In this document: positions 12,545 through 20,146 of the stretch, piece after piece
Position numbering within the stretch: the stretch's first letter is position 1
How the letters are laid out: every line of letters starts with the position of its first letter
NCBI GenBank assembly: GCA_036149055.1
Contig: JAYZQJ010000041.1
Coordinates: 1 to 20,146, forward strand
Origin: Myxococcota bacterium
GTDB taxonomy: Bacteria > Myxococcota_A > Polyangia > Polyangiales > Sandaracinaceae
Direction of reading: 5' to 3'
Length of the DNA: 20,146 nucleotides
Position numbers and translations under genes: made by a program
Notes under the pieces: model-generated
What the model saw: only the letters and a program-made list of their open reading frames with translations
Database searches by the model: none
What the model was told of the DNA's origin: nothing

Positions 12545-13162
12545 CTATCGCCCGACCGCGCCCACCTCGTGAGGGGGTCGCTCCATCAGCTCCTCCAGGC
12601 GACCCTGGAAGTCGGAGCGCGGGAAGTCGCGCAGGAACTCGTAGTAGCGGCGCTCGGCCTCGGCGACGTGCTCGAGCATCACCAGCGCCTCGATCGCGAA
12701 CGCCTCCCGCTCCTCGCGCAGGACCCCGTCGGGGTGGAGGCGACGGTGCTGGTCGAGCAGCCCCACCGCCTCGGCCGGGTGCTCGGCGAGCAGCTCCCGG
12801 GCCCGGCCGAGGAGACGCATCTCGGCGCCGAGCTGCGCGAAGCGGGGATCCCGGTCGGCCTCGTCCGGCGGAGGCGGGGGCGGCTGCGTCTCCAGGTCGG
12901 GCACCTCGGGGAGGTCCGGCACGAAGTCGGGCCCGGCCTTCGAGCGCCGCTCGGGCGCGTCCTCGATCTCGACCCCGCCCACCTCGCCGGCGGGCTCGGC
13001 GGCCTCGTCGGGCTCGGGCGCCTCGGGGGACTCGGCCGCCGGCGCGTCGCCCGGCTCGTCGTCCCCGAACGCGCCCCAGATCGCGAGGGCGCCGCCGGCC
13101 AGCGCGACCCCCAGCACGAGGGCCGTCACCCACGCCTCGCTCCGTTGGTTGGCCTCGGACAC
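12545..13162 (-). CDS. Hypothetical membrane-anchored protein: N-terminal TM helix, acidic/Pro-rich linker, C-terminal TPR-like helical domain
   Basis: Hydrophobic WVTALVLGVALAGGALAIWG. The C-terminal pattern E..LL..AR..L...P..A..LL..H....P.G.L.EERE...IEAL....FL..FP.S is TPR-like. Confidence 0.7.
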   Translation of the reverse strand: MSEANQRSEAWVTALVLGVALAGGALAIWGAFGDDEPGDAPAAESPEAPEPDEAAEPAGEVGGVEIEDAPERRSKAGPDFVPDLPEVPDLETQPPPPPPDEADRDPRFAQLGAEMRLLGRARELLAEHPAEAVGLLDQHRRLHPDGVLREEREAFAIEALVMLEHVAEAERRYYEFLRDFPRSDFQGRLEELMERPPHEVGAVGR

Positions 13163-13171
13163 GCGGCGGAG

Positions 13172-13179
13172 GGTATAGC
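13172..13179. promoter_or_regulatory. Overlapping divergent -10-like hexamers in a 25-bp intergenic gap
   Basis: Plus-strand TATAGC (13174-13179) lies 8 nt before archease GTG 13188. Minus-strand TATACC (13177-13172) lies 9 nt before GTG 13162. Confidence 0.45.
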
Positions 13180-13187
13180 CTCTCGCC

Positions 13188-13604
13188 GTGGGGCACCGCT
13201 TCTTCGATCACACCGGCGACTTCGGCGCCGAGCTCTTCGCCGAGGACGAGCCGGGGATCTACGCGGCGGCGGGGGCGGCGCTGTCGGCGCTGCTGCTCGA
13301 CGACGCCTCGCGGATCGAGCCGAAGGAGCGGAGACCGATCGAGGTGTCGGGGATCGACGAGGCCGATCTCCTGGTCGCGCTCGGCAACGAGCTCCTCTTC
13401 CTCTTCGAGACCGAGGGCTTCCTCTGCGCCGGCCTCGAGGAGGTCACCCCGGGCGGCGACCACCTCCAGGCCGTGGCCGTCGGCGAGCCGTTCGACCCCG
13501 AACGACACGTGATCGCGCGCCCGATGAAGGCGGTCACCCATCACGGCGCCGAGGTCCGCGAGTCCCCCGACGGCTGGACGGCCCGCCTGATCTTCGATCT
13601 CTGA
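13188..13604 (+). CDS. Archease (RtcB activation cofactor)
   Basis: 138 aa with N-terminal DHTGD (HTAD-like), KAVTHHG (KAVTYH-like) and C-terminal IFDL. RtcB lies 4.3 kb downstream on the same strand. Confidence 0.9.
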   Translation: MGHRFFDHTGDFGAELFAEDEPGIYAAAGAALSALLLDDASRIEPKERRPIEVSGIDEADLLVALGNELLFLFETEGFLCAGLEEVTPGGDHLQAVAVGEPFDPERHVIARPMKAVTHHGAEVRESPDGWTARLIFDL

Positions 13605-13615
13605 CGGTTGACCGC

Positions 13616-13644
13616 TTGCCGGGGCTGGTCGGGGGCTCTACGCC
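13616..13644 (+). promoter_or_regulatory. Possible sigma70 promoter for a leaderless RND adaptor transcript
   Basis: TTGCCG (13616-13621), 17-bp spacer, TACGCC (13639-13644); GTG 13651 begins 6 nt later. Confidence 0.35.
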
Positions 13645-13650
13645 GGGGCG

Positions 13651-14727
13651 GTGACCGTTCAGGCCAGCCTCCCGCAGTTCGTGTGGCTCAGTGCGGCGTT
13701 ATGCCTCGTGCACGGCTGCGGCGAAGCGTCCGCGGCGCCCGAGCGCGGCGGGCCACCGCCGGCGCAGGTCCAGGTCGCGACCGGCCGGGAGGGCACCCTG
13801 CGGGTCGAGCGCACCTACCTCGGCACGGTGCGAGCGCTCGCCCGGGCGGAGCTCGCCGCCGGCGCCGACGGGGAGGTCACCGAGGTCAACGTGAGCGAGG
13901 GCGATCGGGTGGAGGCGGGGCAGGTCCTGCTGCGCGTCGACCCCGATCTGGCCGCCGCCGACCTCCGCGCGGCCCGCGCCGCCGACCGCCGCACCCGCGC
14001 GCGAGAGGACCAGGCGGGCCGCGACGCCCGGAGGTTCGCGGCCGCGGGCCCGCGCATCGTCGGCGAGGTCGAGATCGAGCGCGCCGCGAGCGAGGCAGAC
14101 GCCCTGTCGGCCGAGGCCGAGAACAGCCGCGCCACCCTCGCGCGGGCCCGGGCCACGCTCGCCCGGCACCACGTGGTCGCCCCCTTCGACGGCGTCATCG
14201 CCGCCCGCAGCGTCGACCCCGGCGACTGGGTCTCCCCCGGCACCCCGGTGCTGGAGCTGGTCGGCGACGCCCGGACCGAGATCCTCGTGCGCGTCGAGCC
14301 CGAGCTGCTCGAGAGCGTCTCCGTCGGCTCCGAGGCGACCGTCTCGCGGGCCGGGCGCGAGGCCACCGCGCGCGTCATGGGCGTCGTCCCGGCGCTCGAC
14401 CCGCGCACCCGCACCGCGCAGCTCCGGCTCGTCACCGCCGACGCCACGCCCTGGCTCCTGCCCGGCAGCACCGTCGACGTCGGCTTCGTCATCGAGCGCG
14501 GCGGCGAGGGCATCATCGTGCCCCGCGACGCCCTGGTGGACGGGGTCGCGGAGAGCCGGGTGGTCCGGGTCGCCGACGGGCGCGCCGAGCCGATCACGGT
14601 GCGGGTCGTCGAGCGGGCCCGCGAGGAGGTGCGCGTGAGCGCCGAGGGCCTCGGCGCCGACGACGTCCTCGTGGTGCGCGGCAACGACCGCCTCCGCCCC
14701 GGCCAGCCGCTGCAGGTCGTCGAGTGA
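13651..14727 (+). CDS. RND efflux periplasmic adaptor (membrane fusion protein)
   Basis: Lipobox-like LVHGC; lipoyl half-motifs V.EGDRVEAGQVL and APFDGVI...VDPGDWV.PG; LDPRTRT; C-terminal GLGADD.LVVRG. Its stop overlaps the permease start (GTGA). Confidence 0.92.
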   Translation: MTVQASLPQFVWLSAALCLVHGCGEASAAPERGGPPPAQVQVATGREGTLRVERTYLGTVRALARAELAAGADGEVTEVNVSEGDRVEAGQVLLRVDPDLAAADLRAARAADRRTRAREDQAGRDARRFAAAGPRIVGEVEIERAASEADALSAEAENSRATLARARATLARHHVVAPFDGVIAARSVDPGDWVSPGTPVLELVGDARTEILVRVEPELLESVSVGSEATVSRAGREATARVMGVVPALDPRTRTAQLRLVTADATPWLLPGSTVDVGFVIERGGEGIIVPRDALVDGVAESRVVRVADGRAEPITVRVVERAREEVRVSAEGLGADDVLVVRGNDRLRPGQPLQVVE

Positions 14728-17700
14728 GCGAGCCGGACCGCGGCGGCGGGCTCTTGCGCGTCGCCGTCGAGCGGCCGGTGACCGTCGTCGTCACCGCCAT
14801 CCTCGTCGTGCTCTTCGGCGCGCTGTCGGTGCTCGATCTCCCGATCCAGCTGACGCCCGACATCTCCATCCCGACCCTGACCGTGCGCACCTCGTGGCCG
14901 GGCGCGTCGCCGACCGAGATCGAGAGCGAGATCCTCGAGCCGCAGGAGGACGCGCTCAAGGACGTGCCCGGGCTCGTCCGCATGACCAGCGAGGCGCGGC
15001 CCGACCAGGCCACCCTGACCCTCGAGCTCTCGGTCGGCACCGACATCGACGAGGCGCTCGTGCGGGTGACCAACCGGCTCACCCAGGTCGGCGACTACCC
15101 GGACGCCGCCAACGAGCCGTCGGTCGAGACCGCCGACGACACCGGGCCGCCGCTGGCGGTGATCGCGATCCGCACCCCGAACGGCGAGCCGGTCGCGGCC
15201 TACCGCACCTGGGTCGAGGAGACGGTGCTCCCCGAGCTCCAGCGCGTGCGCGGCATCGGCGACATCCGCCACATCGGCGGGCGCGACACCGTCTTCCTGA
15301 TCGAGGCCGACCCTCGCGAGCTCGCGGCCCGCGGCCTCTCGATCCCGGCGATCGCGGCCCGCGTCCGGACCGAGCTCCGCGACGTGTCCGCCGGTGACGT
15401 CACCCTCGGCCGGCGCCGGCTCCTGGTGCGCACCATGGCGGTAGCCCCGCAGCCGGAGCGGCTCGAGGAGATCGTGCTCGCGAGCGGGGACGACGGCACG
15501 CCGATCCGGCTCGGCGAGGTCGCGCGGGTCTCGCTCGGGCTCCGCGACGCGACCGGCGTGGCGATGAGCGACGACCGGCCGTCGATGGTGCTCTTGCTGA
15601 GCCGCGAGTCCGGCTCGAACGTGCTCGAGGTGACCCGGCAGATCCGCCAGCGGGTGGACGAGCTGGACCGCGACCTCTTCCAGCCCGAGGGCCTGCGCAT
15701 CGAGGTCATCAGCGACCAGGTCGACTACATCCAGGGCGCGCTGGATCTGGTGCAGCAGAACCTGCTGGTGGGCGCGCTGCTCGCGGTGATCGCCCTCTTC
15801 GTCTTCCTGCGCAGCTTCGGCGCGAGCGCGATCGTCAGCCTCGCGATCCCGATCTGCGTCTTCGGCACCGCGCTGGGCATGACCCTGCTCGGCCGCTCGG
15901 TGAACGTGGTCTCGCTCGCCGGGATCACCTTCGCCATCGGCATGGTGCTCGACAACTCGATCGTCTCGCTGGAGAGCATCGACACCTGGCGGCGCAAGGT
16001 CACCGACGCGAAGGAGGCGGCGTTCCGCGGCATCAAGGAGGTCTGGGGCGCCCTGATCGCCTCGACCGCGACCACCGCCGCCGTCTTCATCCCGGTCATC
16101 ACCTGGGAGGGCGAGGTCGGCCAGCTCCTGCGCGACGTCGCGGTGGCGATCAGCTTCGCCGTCGTCGCCTCGCTCGTGGTCAGCGTCTGGGTGATCCCCG
16201 GGCTCGCCGGCCGGGTGCTGAAGACCAAGAAGGACGCCGAGGAGCCCAAGCTCGCGCGCCGCGTGACCGCCAAGATCGGCGCCGCGGTCGGCTGGCTGAC
16301 CCGGAGCGGGCTCCGGAGCGGCGGCGTCGTGCTGGCCGCGGTCGGCGCCTGCGTCGCCCTCACCATGGTCCTGCTCCCGCCCATCGAGTACCTGCCCAAG
16401 GGCAACCGGAACCTCGTCTTCGGCATCCTCGTGCCGCCCCCGGGCACGTCCGTGACCGAGCTCGAGCGCGTCGGCGAGCACGTGCAGGGGCAGGTGGCCT
16501 CGCACATCGGCCGCTCCACCGACGACGCCCCGGCCATCGCGCGCAGCTTCTTCGTGGGCAGCCCCGAGCGCATCTTCGCCGGCGCCGTGGCCCAGGACCC
16601 GGAGCGCGTCGGCGAGATGCTGGGCTGGCTGCGCGGCGTGCAGGGCTCCATCCCGGGCTTCATCGCCTTCGCCACCCAGGCCAGCCTCTTCGGCCGCTCC
16701 GGCGGCGGCCGCTCGATCGAGATCAACCTCTCGGGCAGCGACCTCGGCACCCTCACCCAGGTCGGCGGCCGGCTCTTCGGCGCGGTCGGCGAGGCCATCC
16801 CCGGCGCCCAGGTGCGGCCGGTGCCCTCCCTCGACCCCGGCGCCCCGGAGCTGCGCGCGTACCCGAGGCGAGGCGAGGCGGCCCCGCTCGGCGTCACCAC
16901 CGACGCGCTCGGGCTCACCCTCGACGCCTTCGTCGACGGCGCGATCGTCGGCGAGCTCGGCCCCGAGGGCGAGCCCCAGCTGGACGTGATGATCCGCGGC
17001 GTGCGCGAGGACGGCGGCCGCATCGACGACGCCGACGACATCCGCGCCGCCCCGGTCGTCGCCCCCGGCGGCGAGGTCGTGCCCTTCGGCGTGCTCGCCG
17101 ATCTGCGCGAGGAGCTCGGCCCGACCGTGATCCGCCGCATCGAGCGTCGCCGCGCGCTCACCCTCGAGGTCTCGCCGCCCGACGAGGTCCCGCTCGAGGA
17201 GGCGCTCGCGCGGATCGAGGGGCTGCTCGAGGAACTCCGGGCGGACGGAGCGCTGCCGTCGTCCGTGCAGACGAGCTTCACCGGCACCGCCGGCGACCTC
17301 GAGATCGCGCAGAGCCAGTTCGGCGAGGTGCTGCTGCTGGCGCTGATCATCAGCTACCTCCTGATGAGCGCGCTCTTCGAGGACTTCCTCGCGCCGATCG
17401 TCGTGCTCGTCACCCTGCCGCTCGCCGCCGCCGGGGGCGTGGGCGGGCTGCGCCTGGTCGACGCCTTCCTCGCGCCGCAGCCGCTCGACCTGATGACGGC
17501 GCTGGGCTTCTTGATATTGATCGGCGTCGTAGTGAACAACGCCATCCTCGTGGTCGACGGCGCGCTCGCCCGGCTGAAGGAGGGCGAGGCCCTCGACGAG
17601 GCCGTGCAGGGCGCGGTCGAGAGCCGCGTGCGGCCCATCCTGATGACGACGCTCACCTCCCTCGCCGGCCTCGCCCCGATGGTGCTCTTCCCCGGCTCGG

Positions 17701-17861
17701 GCAGCGAGCTCTACCGCGGCGTCGGCGCGGTGGTCCTCGGCGGCCTGACGCTGTCGACCGCGCTCACGCTCTTCGTCGTGCCGTCGTTCTTCACGCTGAT
17801 CTGGCGCGTCCGCCTGAAGCTCTCCTCCGCGGCCGCCCCCGCCGGCGCCCCGGCGGAGTGA
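14724..17861 (+). CDS. RND efflux transporter permease (AcrB/AcrD/AcrF family), 1045 aa
   Basis: N-terminal RPVTV...LP...PDI, WPGASPTEIE, TM4 AIGMVLDNSIV, TM10 GVVVNNAIL and TM11 RVRPILMTTLT. GTG 14724 is in frame with the 13608 ORF and translationally coupled to the adaptor. Confidence 0.93.
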   Translation: MSEPDRGGGLLRVAVERPVTVVVTAILVVLFGALSVLDLPIQLTPDISIPTLTVRTSWPGASPTEIESEILEPQEDALKDVPGLVRMTSEARPDQATLTLELSVGTDIDEALVRVTNRLTQVGDYPDAANEPSVETADDTGPPLAVIAIRTPNGEPVAAYRTWVEETVLPELQRVRGIGDIRHIGGRDTVFLIEADPRELAARGLSIPAIAARVRTELRDVSAGDVTLGRRRLLVRTMAVAPQPERLEEIVLASGDDGTPIRLGEVARVSLGLRDATGVAMSDDRPSMVLLLSRESGSNVLEVTRQIRQRVDELDRDLFQPEGLRIEVISDQVDYIQGALDLVQQNLLVGALLAVIALFVFLRSFGASAIVSLAIPICVFGTALGMTLLGRSVNVVSLAGITFAIGMVLDNSIVSLESIDTWRRKVTDAKEAAFRGIKEVWGALIASTATTAAVFIPVITWEGEVGQLLRDVAVAISFAVVASLVVSVWVIPGLAGRVLKTKKDAEEPKLARRVTAKIGAAVGWLTRSGLRSGGVVLAAVGACVALTMVLLPPIEYLPKGNRNLVFGILVPPPGTSVTELERVGEHVQGQVASHIGRSTDDAPAIARSFFVGSPERIFAGAVAQDPERVGEMLGWLRGVQGSIPGFIAFATQASLFGRSGGGRSIEINLSGSDLGTLTQVGGRLFGAVGEAIPGAQVRPVPSLDPGAPELRAYPRRGEAAPLGVTTDALGLTLDAFVDGAIVGELGPEGEPQLDVMIRGVREDGGRIDDADDIRAAPVVAPGGEVVPFGVLADLREELGPTVIRRIERRRALTLEVSPPDEVPLEEALARIEGLLEELRADGALPSSVQTSFTGTAGDLEIAQSQFGEVLLLALIISYLLMSALFEDFLAPIVVLVTLPLAAAGGVGGLRLVDAFLAPQPLDLMTALGFLILIGVVVNNAILVVDGALARLKEGEALDEAVQGAVESRVRPILMTTLTSLAGLAPMVLFPGSGSELYRGVGAVVLGGLTLSTALTLFVVPSFFTLIWRVRLKLSSAAAPAGAPAE

Positions 17862-17913
17862 CCCCATGGGCGCCCTCTTCTGAGGCGCGCTACGTTGCGC
17901 CCGGGGCCAGAGC

Positions 17914-19434
17914 GTGGGGAAACGAGACGATCGCAAGAAGCGGAAGCGGGCCGAGGCGCGCAAGACCAGCAAGGTGCACGTGCCGACGGCACCGGCTCCC
18001 TATCGCGGGCGCGTGCCGCTCGAGCAGATCAGCGAGACCTGCTGGCGCGTGCCGAAGACCGGCCCGATGCGGGTCGAGGGGCGGGTCTACGCCGACGAGA
18101 CGCTGCTGCCGTCACTCCGAGAGGACCGCGCGCTCGAGCAGGTCGCGAACGTCGCCACCCTCCCCGGCATCGTCGGCGCGTCCCTCGCGATGCCCGACAT
18201 CCACTGGGGCTACGGCTTTCCGATCGGCGGTGTGGCCGCGTTCGACCCGCACCAGGGCGGCGTCGTCAGCCCCGGCGGCGTCGGCTACGACATCAACTGC
18301 GGGGTGCGGCTCCTGGTGGCGGACGTGGACCTCGACGCCGTCCAGCCACGGATCGAGGCGCTGACCCAGGGCTTGTTCGAGGCGATCCCGGCCGGCGTCG
18401 GCAGCAAGCGCCCCGAGCTCGCGCTCACCGGACGAGACCTCGACGCGCTCATGGAGGACGGGCTGCGCTGGGCGCATCGCTCGGGCCTCGCCACCGCGGA
18501 GGACGTCGATCGGGTCGAAGAGAACGGGCGGCTCGAGGGCGCCGACCCCTCGGCGGTGAGCCCCCGCGCGAAGCAGCGCGGCGGCCCGCAGCTCGGCACC
18601 CTCGGGAGCGGGAACCACTTCGCCGAGGTCGGCGTGGTCGAGGAGATCTTCGACGCGACCCAGGCGGAGGCGTTCGGCCTGCGCGAGGGCGTCGTGACCC
18701 TGATGATCCACTCCGGCTCGCGCGGGCTCGGCCACCAGGTCTGCACGGACTCGCTCGGCACGATGATCCGCGCGTCCGGCGAGCACGGCATCGCGCTCGT
18801 CGACCGGCAGCTCTGCTGCGCCCCCATCCGCTCCCCCGAGGCCGAGCGCTACCTCGGCGCGATGGCGGCGGCCGCGAACTTCGCGTTCGTGAACCGCCAG
18901 GTGATGACGCACTGGGCCCGCGAGGTCTTCGACCGCCTCTTCGGCGCGACCCTCCGGACGGTCTACGACGTCTGCCACAACATCGCGAAGTGGGAGCGAC
19001 ACGCGGTCGACGGCAAGGAGCGACGCCTGCTGGTGCACCGCAAGGGCGCGACCCGCGCGCTCCCGAAGGACCACCCGCTCCTCCCCGACGCCTACCGCGA
19101 CGTCGGCCAGCCGGTGATCATCCCCGGCGACATGGGCCGCTACTCCTTCGTGCTCGCCGGCGCGAAGGGGAGCGAGGACACCTTCGGCTCCGCCTGCCAC
19201 GGCGCCGGCCGCGTGCTCAGCCGCTCCGAGGCGAAGCGCAAGTTCGGCGGCACGGACGTCATGCGCAAGCTCCGCGACCAGGGCGTCATCGTGCTCGGCG
19301 CGTCGAAGGCGACCGTCGTGGAGGAGATGCCCTTCGCGTACAAGGACGTCGCCGAGGTCGTCGAGGTCGTGCACGCCGGCGGCATCGCCGACAAGGTCGC
19401 CCGCATCCGCCCGCTCGGCTGCGTCAAAGGCTGA
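17914..19434 (+). CDS. rtcB: RtcB RNA ligase (archaeal/eukaryote-like, archease-associated type)
   Basis: Motifs MPDIHWGYGFPIGGV, GVGYDINCGVR, GTLGSGNHF, IHSGSRG, DVCHNIAK, HRKGATR, PGDMG, SACHGAGR and EEMPFAYKDV. Confidence 0.96.
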   Translation: MGKRDDRKKRKRAEARKTSKVHVPTAPAPYRGRVPLEQISETCWRVPKTGPMRVEGRVYADETLLPSLREDRALEQVANVATLPGIVGASLAMPDIHWGYGFPIGGVAAFDPHQGGVVSPGGVGYDINCGVRLLVADVDLDAVQPRIEALTQGLFEAIPAGVGSKRPELALTGRDLDALMEDGLRWAHRSGLATAEDVDRVEENGRLEGADPSAVSPRAKQRGGPQLGTLGSGNHFAEVGVVEEIFDATQAEAFGLREGVVTLMIHSGSRGLGHQVCTDSLGTMIRASGEHGIALVDRQLCCAPIRSPEAERYLGAMAAAANFAFVNRQVMTHWAREVFDRLFGATLRTVYDVCHNIAKWERHAVDGKERRLLVHRKGATRALPKDHPLLPDAYRDVGQPVIIPGDMGRYSFVLAGAKGSEDTFGSACHGAGRVLSRSEAKRKFGGTDVMRKLRDQGVIVLGASKATVVEEMPFAYKDVAEVVEVVHAGGIADKVARIRPLGCVKG

Positions 19435-19450
19435 CCCCCTTCGGTCTTCT

Positions 19451-19990
19451 CCGTTGGGTAGGGCTCCGGCGGCAACTGATCTCGCGCAGCGGTCCTTCGG
19501 CGGCATTTTGGCTCTCGCCGAGGCGCGAAGCCGCAAAGGGGCTGGCATGGCGCCGCGATGGCGGCTCGCCGGCGCTCGGCTGGCTGCCTCTTCGTTGGGC
19601 GGTGCTTCGGCGGCATTTTGGCTCTCGCCAAGGCGCGAAGCCGCAAAGGAGCTGGCTTGGCGGCGCGATGGCGGCTCGCCGGCGCTCGGCCGGCTGCACG
19701 CCGTTGGGTAGCGCTTCGCCGGCAACTTGGCTCTCGCAGAGGCGCGGAGGCGCAGAGGCGTGGGGGGGCGGCGGGATGGGCGCTCGCCGGCGCTCGGCCG
19801 ACTGCCTCTTCCTGGGGTCTTCGGCGGCTGCTCAATTTCACGCAAAGACGCAAAGACGCAAAGGGGCTGGCATGGCGGCGCGATGGGGGCTCGCCGGCGC
19901 TCGGCCGGCTGTACGCCGTTGGTCAACGCTTCGCCGGGTAGCGCTTCGCCGGCAAACTTGTCTCTCGCAGAGGCGCAGAGGCGCAGAGGC
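19451..19990 (+). repeat. Tandem array of a ~110-bp repeat with a triple-octamer core (CGCNRAGN)x3, five cores
   Basis: Cores start at 19516, 19626, 19735, 19841 and 19966 (spacings 110, 109, 106, 125). The first four are followed by variants of GCGCGATGGCGGCTCGCCGGCGCTCGGC, and all five are preceded by CTTCG(G/C)CGGC. Confidence 0.92.
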
Positions 19991-20026
19991 GGCCAGTGGT
20001 CCTGTATCCGCTGGCCCATCTGGTGG

Positions 20027-20065
20027 TTCCGGAAACTCTGATCCGTCGCATTCCGGAAAATCTGA
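20027..20065 (+). promoter_or_regulatory. Pair of 15-bp direct repeats, each containing the palindrome TTCCGGAA (operator-like)
   Basis: TTCCGGAAACTCTGA (20027-20041) and TTCCGGAAAATCTGA (20051-20065) are 14/15 identical and lie just upstream of an RBS and ATG. Confidence 0.55.
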
Positions 20066-20089
20066 GCCCCCTCGGAGGAAGGGGCGCGG

Positions 20090-20146
20090 ATGATGATGCT
20101 GGCGATAGCGATGGCCGCCATGATGCAGGCGGTGGAGGAAGGCGAC
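20090..20146 (+). CDS. Start of a CDS truncated by the window edge (MMMLAIAMAAMMQAVEEGD...), product unknown
   Basis: GGAGGAAGGGG purine tract upstream, ATG cluster at 20090, open frame to the window end. Confidence 0.45.
   Translation, partial: MMMLAIAMAAMMQAVEEGD

Noticed and set aside
13608..14723. First 372 aa of the 1417-aa ORF, suggesting a giant RND fusion
   Set aside because: This is an Arg/Gly-rich off-frame read-through of the adaptor gene. The permease starts at the coupled GTG 14724.
19451..19990. CRISPR array interpretation of the tandem repeat
   Set aside because: The sequences between cores are homologous to each other rather than unique spacers, the cores are degenerate, the period is ~110 bp, and there are no cas genes.
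19435..19990. Idea that the array encodes dedicated RNA substrates for RtcB
   Set aside because: The same repeat occurs 19 kb away with no link to rtcB, and I see no tRNA-like or Y-RNA-like fold. Adjacency alone is not enough support.
13815..20121. ORFs 13815..17972 (-), 17895..20093 (+), 18112..20121 (-) and the short ORFs over the repeat array
   Set aside because: They are shadows of the RND and rtcB genes or translations of the non-coding repeat. Unit lengths of 110, 109, 106 and 125 bp do not preserve a reading frame.

Overview
Very GC-rich bacterial DNA. The gene content (Hanks kinase-STAND ATPase fusion, sigma54 promoter, fasciclin lipoprotein, TPR-tailed membrane protein) suggests Myxococcota; this is an inference. 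From left to right: the 5' end (domain I) of a group II intron on the minus strand (1-280, running out of the window), inserted in a ~110-bp repeat; an NAD(P)-binding Rossmann protein; the glyoxylate shunt operon aceB-aceA; an astacin-family lipoprotein with cell-wall-binding-2 repeats; a Ser/Thr kinase-AAA ATPase-helical repeat protein; a triple-fasciclin lipoprotein; a deoxyhypusine-synthase-like gene; a TPR-like membrane protein; archease; an RND adaptor and permease; RtcB; a five-core tandem array of the same ~110-bp repeat; and the start of a truncated CDS. The most striking signal is a dispersed repeat family with a triple-octamer core (CGCNRAGN)x3 at both ends of the window. The intron's predicted EBS1 loop (UCUGCGU) is complementary to this core and the intron sits inside one copy, which suggests a retroelement specialised to home into this repeat family.
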